Assembly (NCBI GenBank): GCA_903868795.1
Contig: CAIPWR010000048.1
Coordinates: 1 to 63,586, forward strand
From: an uncultured Spartobacteria bacterium
GTDB lineage: Bacteria > Verrucomicrobiota > Verrucomicrobiia > Chthoniobacterales > UBA6821
Direction of reading: 5' to 3'
Length of the DNA: 63,586 bases
Shown: positions 10,641 to 20,131 of the stretch, piece after piece
Numbering within the stretch: position 1 is the stretch's first letter
How the letters are laid out: each line of letters begins with the position of its first letter
Translations under genes and position numbers: made by a program
Notes under the pieces: model-generated
What the model saw: the letters and a program-made list of their open reading frames with translations, nothing else
Told to the model about the DNA's origin: nothing
The model's database searches: none

Positions 10641-12776
10641 ATGAATAAGCTCTACCCCTGCTCACTTCTAACTGTGCTATTTTCCAGCATCGCCGGATTT
10701 TCTCTGGAAGTGGCTGAAGCGAATCCAAAGACATTGCCTCAGTCTGTGCCCTCCCTCGACGACATGGTAGGGGACTGGATTCCGATAAAGGATGTGGCCA
10801 ACACTCCGGCGGTTCACAACTTCAATCAGATGCTGGAAGTGGATCGCGATCTGACTTCGTATTTCTGCAATCCAGGTCAATTGTATTCGCGGAATCGGGG
10901 GTATCCCGCGGTGAAATTGTCGATTGATGGAAGGGAATATCCGGCCACGGAAACTCGCTGTTATGCCTATCGGGCACTCCGACGGAATCTAAATTGCAAC
11001 GGATTGAGCGTGGAGACAGACACTCGGATGGTTAATGAGCAGCGGGGCGTGCTCTGTCAGATCACTGCAACGAATGCCACATCACAACCCATTCATGCGG
11101 CACTGACCTTGCGAGTTCCGGGAAAGTTGCAATCAGATGGCCTTGGTGTCGTGAACGATACGCAGCGCACGAATATCGTCTCCTTTGTTTATCCTTCGGT
11201 GAAGCCGAATTCCGTCACAATGGAAACCAATGGGGTCTGCTGGAATTGGACACTGGAGGTGCCAGCAGGAGGATCTGTGAAGCTGGGATTTGTTGCAGGG
11301 GATGATGGGAAAGCAAAAGTTCTTCAGACTAGTGAAAAGGTGGCGGACTGGGCTGCACATTTCAGCACCGTATTTGCCGGATGCAAATCTGTCTGGGAGC
11401 AACGCTGGGCGGATGCCTTCACTCCTGGCAATACACATTTCTCCGGTAATCTCCCTGTTTTGGAAACAGAAAATCCCGCGCTAGCCCGCAACTACTACAT
11501 GGGAGTACAGACGATGCTTGCCTTGGAGCGGACGCAGTTTCCTGTCTCGCCTCGATCCTTCGTGACGAGCGGAGAGCGGGGTGATGGGACGCAATTCTAT
11601 TGGGATGCCTCGATGCAGGCAACGGCATGGGCATTGCTGGAGCCTGTCGGCATGAAGGCCACCTTGCGTTGCTGGCTGGTGCAAAACCCTCGCAGCGGCA
11701 ACACCATCAATCTTAGGAGCATTAAGGGATACGATAAGCGTCATCTCGAAAAAATGACTGGTTCTGGTTATGCCTTCAATGCCTGCACCATTTTCAAGAC
11801 TACGGATGAGTATCTCCGCGTGACTCCTGACCTCGCCTTTCTGGATGAGAAGCTGGAAAATGGGAAAACCGTTCTGGAGCAACTCGATGCCCTTGCCACC
11901 GATTGGGAAACATTGCCCAAAGGGCCGCACGGATTGGTGAATTATGGCGAAAACAACAACTTGCTCGAATGCGCTCCCGCCTATATCCACTGCGTGCCGT
12001 CGTGTAATGCGCAAGATGTTTGGATGATGCGACGGGCTGCGCAATGGCACGCGCTGCATGGAGACGACGCAAGGGCGAAGGAATTACAGGGGAAAGCCTC
12101 TGCCTTTCTACCTGCCGTGCTGGATCTCTACAATAAGGGGGAGGGTGTTTGGAATGCCTATCATATCGATGGAAAACTTGTCGAGCTGCGGCATTGCGTT
12201 GATTTTATTTATGTCGGAAATGCCCTGCAAAGCGATCTCTCGACGATGCAGAAATCAGAAATGATCAACTTCGTGAAGCATGAGTTACTCATGCGCGACT
12301 GGATGCGTGCCATGAGTCTCTCGGATGCTACTGCTGCGCATTCTGATCGTCCCGATCATGGCCCGATGGGCGCGTATGATGGCTGGATACCGCTGACCGT
12401 TGGAACCATGTGGAGGCTGGGCGATCCTGCCTCATCCTTTGATTTTTACTGCCGCACGGCAGGTGTCACCAAAGAGGGCCCCTTTGCACAGGCTCGCGAA
12501 TTTTATGGCCCGAACAAGAAAGCCTATGATGCTCCCGTTCGTATCGCAGAGCGTCAGGGCTGCATGAAGGAATGCATTAGCGGCGTGGCATTCACGGATG
12601 TCGTCATCAACACTTTCTTTGGCTTCAGTCCCTCTGTGGATGGGAGGAGGATGATTGCTGATCCTCAAACACCACGCCCTTTCCAAGGCACTCTCTCAAA
12701 CCTCCGCTACAACGGAAAACTCTTCCAACTTACGGCCTCCAAGCAGGGTGTAACGGTTGCTCCCTCCATGCGATGA
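10641..12776 (+). CDS. Secreted putative (alpha/alpha)6-barrel glycoside hydrolase, family unassigned
   Basis: Signal peptide, beta-rich N-terminal half, FYWD motif at the start of a helical domain (as in GH63/GH37/GH78-like folds), and a C-terminal 'LSNLRYNGKLFQL' beta tail. Sits in a sugar operon. Confidence 0.55.
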   Translation: MNKLYPCSLLTVLFSSIAGFSLEVAEANPKTLPQSVPSLDDMVGDWIPIKDVANTPAVHNFNQMLEVDRDLTSYFCNPGQLYSRNRGYPAVKLSIDGREYPATETRCYAYRALRRNLNCNGLSVETDTRMVNEQRGVLCQITATNATSQPIHAALTLRVPGKLQSDGLGVVNDTQRTNIVSFVYPSVKPNSVTMETNGVCWNWTLEVPAGGSVKLGFVAGDDGKAKVLQTSEKVADWAAHFSTVFAGCKSVWEQRWADAFTPGNTHFSGNLPVLETENPALARNYYMGVQTMLALERTQFPVSPRSFVTSGERGDGTQFYWDASMQATAWALLEPVGMKATLRCWLVQNPRSGNTINLRSIKGYDKRHLEKMTGSGYAFNACTIFKTTDEYLRVTPDLAFLDEKLENGKTVLEQLDALATDWETLPKGPHGLVNYGENNNLLECAPAYIHCVPSCNAQDVWMMRRAAQWHALHGDDARAKELQGKASAFLPAVLDLYNKGEGVWNAYHIDGKLVELRHCVDFIYVGNALQSDLSTMQKSEMINFVKHELLMRDWMRAMSLSDATAAHSDRPDHGPMGAYDGWIPLTVGTMWRLGDPASSFDFYCRTAGVTKEGPFAQAREFYGPNKKAYDAPVRIAERQGCMKECISGVAFTDVVINTFFGFSPSVDGRRMIADPQTPRPFQGTLSNLRYNGKLFQLTASKQGVTVAPSMR

Positions 12777-12820
12777 GATAACGAATCAAAGAAAACCCCA
12801 TCGCCTAATCCTACCCTTTT

Positions 12821-14575
12821 ATGAGAAAACCTAACTACGACAAATTCCCCTTCGTTCAAGTGCCGGATAGTGCAAACGCCTGCGTTCAAGGATGGGATGG
12901 TATTATTGTTCGTCTTCACGAGGCTATTGCCAAGCGCAACGCAAAGAAAACGGTGCTCGTTGTCGAATGCTATACGGGGGTTGATGAAGCTGCGCTCATG
13001 ACGAAACTGGGCAGGCTCTCACCTTCCTTATTCCTTCACGCCCGCAATGCAATGCTTCCTCCCGAGAAGATCGACGCGTTGGTCGAGCCATTCCTAGGCG
13101 GGAATGATCCGGTCTTTGGATTTCTCTCCGGGCTGACACTGCCGCAGTTCTTTGATGCCGAAAAAACAGAGCAACTTCGTCAGCAAATAGAGTCAATCAC
13201 AGAGGGTTTGGTGATCGTTCTCGGATGCGGGGCAAGCCTGATTACCGAAGCAGATATTCTCGTCTATGCCGATCTCGCCCGTTGGGAGGCGCAGCTCCGA
13301 TTCCGCCGCAATGAAATCTCGAATCTCGGCGTGGAGAACAGAACGCTTACCGCAAGTCTCCAATACAAACGGGCTTTCTTCATCGACTGGCGTGTCTGTG
13401 ATCGGTGGAAGAAACCGTTGATAGCCAGATGGGATTTTGTGCTCGATACCAATGATCCTTCGACACCAAGGCTCGCAGATGGGGAGACTGTAGGACAAGG
13501 TTTGCGCCATGCTGTGACGCGCCCGTTCCGTGTCGTGCCCTTCTTCGATCCCGCACCGTGGGGTGGACAATGGATGAAGGAGTTCTGTGATCTTGATCGG
13601 AGTAAGCAAAACTTCGGATGGTGCTTTGACTGCGTACCTGAAGAGAACAGTCTGCTGCTTGGTTTTGGAGAAATGCGGTTGGAAATTCCCTCCCTCGATC
13701 TCGTCTTTGATCAACCTCGTGCCTTGCTGGGTGAAGCTGTTCATGCCCGCTTTGGCGATGAATTTCCGATCCGGTTTGATTTCCTCGATACCATCGGTGG
13801 GGGACATCTCTCCTTCCAGGTGCATCCCTTAACGGAATACATCCAGCAGCATTTTGGAATGCACTACACGCAGGATGAGAGCTACTACATGCTTGATGCC
13901 GCAGAGGGAGCAACTGTCTATCTCGGGATCAAAGATGGAGTCGAACCATCGGCGATGATTCGGGATCTGGAGCTGGCTCAGTCAGGAGCCGCTCCATTCC
14001 CTGCTGAAAAATATTCCAATCAGTTTCCTGCAAAGAAGCATGACCACTTCTTGATTCCTGCGGGAACGGTTCATTGTAGTGGAGCCGAGTCGATGGTGCT
14101 AGAGATCAGCGCGACTCCGTACATCTTTACTTTTAAGATGTGGGACTGGGGCCGTCTCGGTCTTGATGGCAAGCCTCGTCCGATTCATCTCAAGCATGGT
14201 GCTGCCAATATCCAATGGTGCTGCACCACGGAGTGGACGGAAAAGAATCTGGTAAATCGCTTTGAACCGCTCGGGGAAGGGGATGGATGGCGCGAGGAGC
14301 GCACTGGTCTTCATCAGCGAGAATTCATCGAGACGCGCCGTCATTGGTTCACGAAAACCGTTCCGCACGACACGCAGGGTGGAGTCAATGTCCTCAATCT
14401 TGTCGAGGGAGAAGAGGCTCTGGTGGAGAGTCCGACGGGAGCGTTCGAACCTTTCCTCGTCCATTACGCGGAGACCTTCATTGTTCCAGCCGCAGTCGTT
14501 ACCTACACCATCCGTCCGCATGGCCCTTCCGAAGGAAAAGAATGCGCCACGATGAAGGCCTTCGTCCGTACATAA
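12821..14575 (+). CDS. Class I mannose-6-phosphate isomerase with a long N-terminal extension
   Basis: PWGG, LSFQVHP, QDESYY, PAGTVH and LEIS cupin/Zn motifs in the C-terminal ~350 aa. Confidence 0.8.
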   Translation: MRKPNYDKFPFVQVPDSANACVQGWDGIIVRLHEAIAKRNAKKTVLVVECYTGVDEAALMTKLGRLSPSLFLHARNAMLPPEKIDALVEPFLGGNDPVFGFLSGLTLPQFFDAEKTEQLRQQIESITEGLVIVLGCGASLITEADILVYADLARWEAQLRFRRNEISNLGVENRTLTASLQYKRAFFIDWRVCDRWKKPLIARWDFVLDTNDPSTPRLADGETVGQGLRHAVTRPFRVVPFFDPAPWGGQWMKEFCDLDRSKQNFGWCFDCVPEENSLLLGFGEMRLEIPSLDLVFDQPRALLGEAVHARFGDEFPIRFDFLDTIGGGHLSFQVHPLTEYIQQHFGMHYTQDESYYMLDAAEGATVYLGIKDGVEPSAMIRDLELAQSGAAPFPAEKYSNQFPAKKHDHFLIPAGTVHCSGAESMVLEISATPYIFTFKMWDWGRLGLDGKPRPIHLKHGAANIQWCCTTEWTEKNLVNRFEPLGEGDGWREERTGLHQREFIETRRHWFTKTVPHDTQGGVNVLNLVEGEEALVESPTGAFEPFLVHYAETFIVPAAVVTYTIRPHGPSEGKECATMKAFVRT

Positions 14576-14628
14576 ATTTCAATGATTAAACTATCGGTTA
14601 ACTCTGGCAAATACACCCCCCCAACTCC

Positions 14629-17385
14629 ATGAAAGCATCCCTAAAACCGCTCCTGATTCTCCTGTTCTCTGTGGTGGCTATTCCATCCAGAGCAGCAGAA
14701 TCGACTCCCTTGGTTTTGAGTGGTTCTTGGGAGGTAAATTCGTCAACCAATGTTTCTGAAGCAGGAGAGCAGATTTCCACTTCCGATTATCATTTGTCTG
14801 ACAAATGGATGGAGGCTGTCGTGCCTGGCAGCCTTCTTGATTCCTATGTGAAGGCTGGAACTTATCCCGATCCCTATGTCGGCATTAATAACAAGGTCTC
14901 CTTTGATCAAAATGGTGCTGTGAATGGAGGGATGATTCCCGACGCCAGCATTCCTGAGAGCGTCTTTACCAAGCCGCACTGGTATCGAACATTGTTCACC
15001 ACACCCTCGGATTTTTCGGGCAAGACAGTCTGGTTGAAGTTCGCAGGGATCAACTGGAAGGCCACTGTTTTTCTCAATGGAAAGAAGCTCGGGGAGATCA
15101 CAGGGGCGTTTCAGCGCGGTATTTTCAATGTCACCGATCTGCTTCAGTCGGGCAGCAATGCTCTCGCGGTTCGTATTGATCCACCTGTGGTTCCCGGGAC
15201 TCCGAAAAATTGGGGCTGTGGCGGCGATGGCATCAAGTTTCCTTCCATCGGTCTGACCCCCGCGACGATCTATCAGACAATCGGCTGGAATTTTACTCTC
15301 CTCGATGGTGCTCATGATCGCAACATGGGGATCCTCCGCGATGTCTCGCTCTATGCCACGGGGCCTGTTTATATTCGAGATTCCTTCATGAGCACGGAGG
15401 GAGTGCCAACAAAAGAGCAGGCGAATCTGAATTTCAAAACGATTCTCGTGAACGGCACCGATAAGGAACAGACCGGAACGCTGAGTGTTGCCTTTGCTGA
15501 TCAGAAAGCATCACAAAGTGTGACACTCGCCCCTCATGAATCCCGTGAGGTTTCTATGGGCTGGCAAAAATCTCCAGAGTTCGGAGTGAAGAACCCAAAG
15601 CTCTGGTGGCCTGCGGGATTTGGAGATCAGTCTCTCTACCCAATGACGGTCAGTTTTGCTCCTTCATCAGGCACTAGCACAGAAGTCACGAAGAACTTCG
15701 GCATTCGCTCCATTGAGAATAAGCCCGAGCTAGGCCAATCGGTCTATTGGGTCAATGGTCATAAGATGTTCTTGGCTGGTGGTAATTGGGTGCAGGACAT
15801 CATGCAACGCCAGACTGCCGCACGAGACGAGGCGCAGATTCGGATGATTCGTCAGGCGGGGTTTACCTGGGTGCGACTTTGGAGTGGCAGCGGGCCCGTG
15901 GAGGATACCTTCTTCGATCTCTGTGATCAATATGGCATCATGGTTTGGGTCGAGTCAGGGCTCTGCTCCCAGGTGAAGATGCCAAATACCGATCCCGCGT
16001 GGTGCCAGACCTGGCTTGATAATTGGGCTGACTATATTCTGCTCTTACGCCATCACCCCTGTGTTTTCAACTATGTCGGTTGCAATGAAGGCTCTGACAG
16101 ACTCCCCGGCATGACCGAGATGGTGAAAAAGCATGATGGCACTCGGGGTTACAGCCAAAGCTCTCAGGACAACGGACAGCGCGGCGACACCTACCTCTGG
16201 GAAAATATCGATGGCTACTACGACTATACCAATATCCATACTCACGGAACCGGCCCACTCGGTCTCTTCGGAGGATTCTGCGACGAATCAGGAGCACCCT
16301 GTCTCCCCGTCGCCGAATCCATTAAGGATTTCCTACCCGAAGCGAAACGATTTCCGGTTGATAAAGAGTTCTGCGACTATCTTGATGGGGGAGGATTTCA
16401 TCGCATCTATCAGATGATCAATGAAGGATGTGCGGAGTTTGGCGATCTTTCCAAGCCCGATCTCGCTGGCCGCACGGGAGTTGATAACTATGCCTTCAAA
16501 GGGCAGCTTCTCAATGCCATGGAATACCGAGCCTTTGGCGAACTCTGGCAACGGGAGAAATTTGATAAGAACGGTCGCTTCAGCACCGGATGGGCTCTCT
16601 GGACGGTGAACAACACCCACCCTCAGCTTTGCGCACGAATCTACGATTACAGCCTGGAGCCGACAGCGGGACTTTACTACATGGGCAGGGCCAACAAGCC
16701 CCTCTCGCTCCAATACAACTACCGCGCTAGTGATGTGACAGCGGTGAATAACACCATCGAACCGATCACTCAACGGCACACAGTAATCGCCGAAGTCCGC
16801 AATCTCGATTGGAGCCTGGTCTGGTCTAAGAAAACCTACATCGCTACCGAGGTCATTCCGATTCCTGCGGAGAGTTCCAAGATCGGGGTGCTTTTCATTC
16901 CAAATACAGATCATGCCCAACTTGATGATGTTCATTTTATTCATCTCCAGTTGCTGGGTGAAAAGAACAAGGTTATCGATGATACGATCTACTGGCGATC
17001 CAAGGCAGGAATACTCTACGGCGCACAGGGCGATTTTTCGGCACTCAATAAAATGCCGACGACGCAGATCAAGGTTACGACCAGCTCCGAGATGAAAGAG
17101 GGCAAGCGATTCGTCACCGTGACTCTGGATAATAGCAGTAAGCAGCTCGCATTCTTCCTCCGAGTGAAGGTACTTGATCCCAAGACAAAAGTGCTTGTAC
17201 GACCTTGTTTCACTAGTGACAACTACTTCTCTATCCCTCCTGGAGAGAGCAAAGAAATCACCGTCGAATGCCCAACCTCCCTTGCCGAGTCACCTCTCAT
17301 TGGCGTGGAAGGATGGAATATCGGGACGCTCAAGATGAGCATTCCTTCATCCAAAGAAACTCCCAAAATTACGCCACATCACTAA
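14629..17385 (+). CDS. Secreted GH2 beta-mannosidase-like enzyme (tandem paralog 1)
   Basis: Signal peptide; VPGSLL, FAGINWKA, PKLWWP, GGNW, VGCNE, DESG and [11 protein letters not shown]. Confidence 0.85.
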   Translation: MKASLKPLLILLFSVVAIPSRAAESTPLVLSGSWEVNSSTNVSEAGEQISTSDYHLSDKWMEAVVPGSLLDSYVKAGTYPDPYVGINNKVSFDQNGAVNGGMIPDASIPESVFTKPHWYRTLFTTPSDFSGKTVWLKFAGINWKATVFLNGKKLGEITGAFQRGIFNVTDLLQSGSNALAVRIDPPVVPGTPKNWGCGGDGIKFPSIGLTPATIYQTIGWNFTLLDGAHDRNMGILRDVSLYATGPVYIRDSFMSTEGVPTKEQANLNFKTILVNGTDKEQTGTLSVAFADQKASQSVTLAPHESREVSMGWQKSPEFGVKNPKLWWPAGFGDQSLYPMTVSFAPSSGTSTEVTKNFGIRSIENKPELGQSVYWVNGHKMFLAGGNWVQDIMQRQTAARDEAQIRMIRQAGFTWVRLWSGSGPVEDTFFDLCDQYGIMVWVESGLCSQVKMPNTDPAWCQTWLDNWADYILLLRHHPCVFNYVGCNEGSDRLPGMTEMVKKHDGTRGYSQSSQDNGQRGDTYLWENIDGYYDYTNIHTHGTGPLGLFGGFCDESGAPCLPVAESIKDFLPEAKRFPVDKEFCDYLDGGGFHRIYQMINEGCAEFGDLSKPDLAGRTGVDNYAFKGQLLNAMEYRAFGELWQREKFDKNGRFSTGWALWTVNNTHPQLCARIYDYSLEPTAGLYYMGRANKPLSLQYNYRASDVTAVNNTIEPITQRHTVIAEVRNLDWSLVWSKKTYIATEVIPIPAESSKIGVLFIPNTDHAQLDDVHFIHLQLLGEKNKVIDDTIYWRSKAGILYGAQGDFSALNKMPTTQIKVTTSSEMKEGKRFVTVTLDNSSKQLAFFLRVKVLDPKTKVLVRPCFTSDNYFSIPPGESKEITVECPTSLAESPLIGVEGWNIGTLKMSIPSSKETPKITPHH

Positions 17386-17392
17386 AACTCTT

Positions 17393-20131
17393 ATGAAACT
17401 ATACGCCACCCTCCTGTTCATCCCCCTGCTCTCTGCCATAGCCGCTAGTTCTCAAGGTGATGCTTCAACTTCTTTGGTGATTTCAAAGAACTGGCAGGTA
17501 ATTTCTTCCACAAACATTCCCGCTTCTGGAGAAAAGATTTCCACTCCTGATTATCACCCAACTGACAGATGGATGCAGGCGGTTGTGCCGGGAACGGTGC
17601 TTGATTCCTGCGTGAAGGCGGGACTTTATCCTGAGCCATTTCAGGGAATGAATAATCTGATTCGTCCTGATGCCAAGGGGATCTTTCATGGCAAGATTCC
17701 CGATGCCAGTGAGCCGGGCAGTGCCTTCACTGTGCCGTTCTGGTATCGGACGACTTTCCAAGTGCCAACTGACTTTCATGGGAAAACCATCTGGCTGAAA
17801 TTGGCGGGTGTGAACTGGCGGGCGGGAGTTTTTCTCAATGGGAAAAAACTTGGAGAGATCACGGGTGCCTATCAGCGCGGGATCTTCAATATCACGGAGC
17901 TTGTTCAAGACGGAGAAAATGCCTTGGCCGTGAAGATCGACCCGATGCTCAATTCAGGAAATCCCCCGCCGAATTTTCATGGCTGCGGAGGCGATGGGAA
18001 CATCGGCCTTACTCCCGCTGCAATCTATCAGACCGTAGGGATGGATTTCACCTTTATTGACGGAATCAGAGATCGCAACATGGGGATCCTCCGCGATGTC
18101 TCGCTCTATGCCACGGGGCCGGTCGATATTCGTGATTCCTTCATGAGCACGGAGGGAGTACCAACCAAAGGGCAGGCCAATCTGAATTTCAGAACAGTTC
18201 TCGTGAACAGCACTGACCAGGAACAGACGGGAACTCTCGCCGTTGCTTTTGCCGATCAGAAAGCATTACAACGCTTGACACTTGCTCCCCATGAATCCCG
18301 CGAGGTTTCTATGGGATGGCAGAAGGTTCCAGAACTTGTGGTGAAAAATCCACAGCTCTGGTGGCCGAATGGACATGGCGATCCCTTTCTCTACACGATG
18401 AAGGTCAGCTTCGCTCCCTCATCAGGCACTAGCACGGAAGTGACGAAGAACTTCGGCATTCGCTCCATCGAGAACAAGCCAGAGCTAGGCCAATCGGTCT
18501 ATTGGGTGAATGGTCATAAGATATTCCTCTCGGGCGGCAACTGGGTTCAAGACATTATGCAGCGGCAGACTCCGGTTCGCGAAGAGGCTCAGATACGCAT
18601 GATCCGCCAGGCGGGATTTAATTGGCTCCGCCTCTGGAGCGGAAGCGGTCCGATGGACGAGGCCCTTTTCGATCTCTGCGATCAATATGGCATCATGGCC
18701 TGGGTAGAATCTCCTCTGATCCAGCAGGTTAAAAAACCACAAACCGACCCCGTCTGGTGCAAGGTCACTCTCGATAACTGGGCTGATTATGTGCTGAGGG
18801 TTCGTTCTCATCCGTCTGTCTTTAACTATGTTGGCTGCAACGAAGGGCCCGATATTCCAGGGATGGCGGATGTCACCATGAAATGCGACGACACGCGTGG
18901 CTACAGCGCATCCTCCGAAGATCTGGGGCAACGCGGCTGTCCCTATCGTTGGGAGGATGGCGTGGATGGTTATTACGATTACACCACCACTCATACGCAT
19001 GGTGCTGGGCCGATGGGTCTCTTTGGCGGCTTTGACGACGAATCAGGAGCCCCTTGTATTCCTGTGGCGGAATCTATCAAGGACTTCCTTCCTCAGGATA
19101 AAAGCTCTCCGATTGATAAAGACTATTGCAACTACCTCGACGGGGGAGCCTTTCACCGCGTCTATCAGATGATCACCGAGGGATGTGCGCAGTTTGGCGA
19201 TCTTTCTCAGCCTGATCTGGCTGGCCGTACAGGAGTCGATCACTACGCCTTCAAGGGACAGCTTCTCAATGCCATGGAATACCGTGCTCTTGGCGAGCTC
19301 TGGCAGCGGGAAAAATTTGATAAGAATGGTCGCTTCAGCACGGGCTGGGGACTCTGGACGGTCAATAACACCCATCCGCAGCTCTGCGCCCGGATTTACG
19401 ATTACAGCCTGGAGCCCACCGCAGGGCTGTACTTCATGACTCACGCGAACAAACCATTTTCACTCCAGTTCGATTACCGAGACAACTCCGTTACGGCAGT
19501 GAATAACACATTTGATATTCCCAAGGGGATGACCGTGACTGCGGAAATCCGCAACTTGGATTGGAGTCTGCAATGGTCAAAACGGCATGTGATTGCTCCA
19601 GATATGCCATTTCTTCCAGAAAGTTCACGGATCGGCGTTCTTTATCTACCGAACAAAGACCAGAACAAATTCGATGATGTCCATTTCATTCATCTACAGC
19701 TTGCCAGCGGGAAGGAAATCTTAGACGACACGATCTATTGGCGCTCCAAGGCCGGAATGCTCTACGGCGCAGATGGCGATTTCTCGGCACTCAATAAAAT
19801 GCCGACGACGCAGATCAAGGTGACGACCAGTTCTGAGATGAAGGAGGGAAAACGATTTGTCTCGGTGACGCTGGATAACAGCAGCAAGCAACTCGCCTTC
19901 TTCCTCCGCGTGAAAGTGCTCGATTCTAAAACGAAGGCTCTCGTGCGTCCCTGCCTCACTAGTGACAACTACTTCTCCATCCCTCCAGGAGAGAAAAAAG
20001 TGATCACGATTGAATGTCCTGTTTCCCTATCCGAGCCACCGATCATCGGGGTTGAAGGCTGGAATATCGGATCACTCGAAATAAGCGTCCCCGAGTCCAA
20101 AGAAACCCCAGCGATTACGCCGAAGTCCTAA
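17393..20131 (+). CDS. Secreted GH2 beta-mannosidase-like enzyme (tandem paralog 2)
   Basis: Colinear with and highly similar to 14629-17385, with the same catalytic motifs VGCNE and DESG. Confidence 0.85.
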   Translation: MKLYATLLFIPLLSAIAASSQGDASTSLVISKNWQVISSTNIPASGEKISTPDYHPTDRWMQAVVPGTVLDSCVKAGLYPEPFQGMNNLIRPDAKGIFHGKIPDASEPGSAFTVPFWYRTTFQVPTDFHGKTIWLKLAGVNWRAGVFLNGKKLGEITGAYQRGIFNITELVQDGENALAVKIDPMLNSGNPPPNFHGCGGDGNIGLTPAAIYQTVGMDFTFIDGIRDRNMGILRDVSLYATGPVDIRDSFMSTEGVPTKGQANLNFRTVLVNSTDQEQTGTLAVAFADQKALQRLTLAPHESREVSMGWQKVPELVVKNPQLWWPNGHGDPFLYTMKVSFAPSSGTSTEVTKNFGIRSIENKPELGQSVYWVNGHKIFLSGGNWVQDIMQRQTPVREEAQIRMIRQAGFNWLRLWSGSGPMDEALFDLCDQYGIMAWVESPLIQQVKKPQTDPVWCKVTLDNWADYVLRVRSHPSVFNYVGCNEGPDIPGMADVTMKCDDTRGYSASSEDLGQRGCPYRWEDGVDGYYDYTTTHTHGAGPMGLFGGFDDESGAPCIPVAESIKDFLPQDKSSPIDKDYCNYLDGGAFHRVYQMITEGCAQFGDLSQPDLAGRTGVDHYAFKGQLLNAMEYRALGELWQREKFDKNGRFSTGWGLWTVNNTHPQLCARIYDYSLEPTAGLYFMTHANKPFSLQFDYRDNSVTAVNNTFDIPKGMTVTAEIRNLDWSLQWSKRHVIAPDMPFLPESSRIGVLYLPNKDQNKFDDVHFIHLQLASGKEILDDTIYWRSKAGMLYGADGDFSALNKMPTTQIKVTTSSEMKEGKRFVSVTLDNSSKQLAFFLRVKVLDSKTKALVRPCLTSDNYFSIPPGEKKVITIECPVSLSEPPIIGVEGWNIGSLEISVPESKETPAITPKS

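Noticed and set aside
2078-20131. Calling the GH2s exo-beta-D-glucosaminidases (CsxA type)
   Set aside because: All four keep the NE acid/base motif rather than the SD variant of CsxA, and the context (PMI) points to mannose. Specificity is left open.
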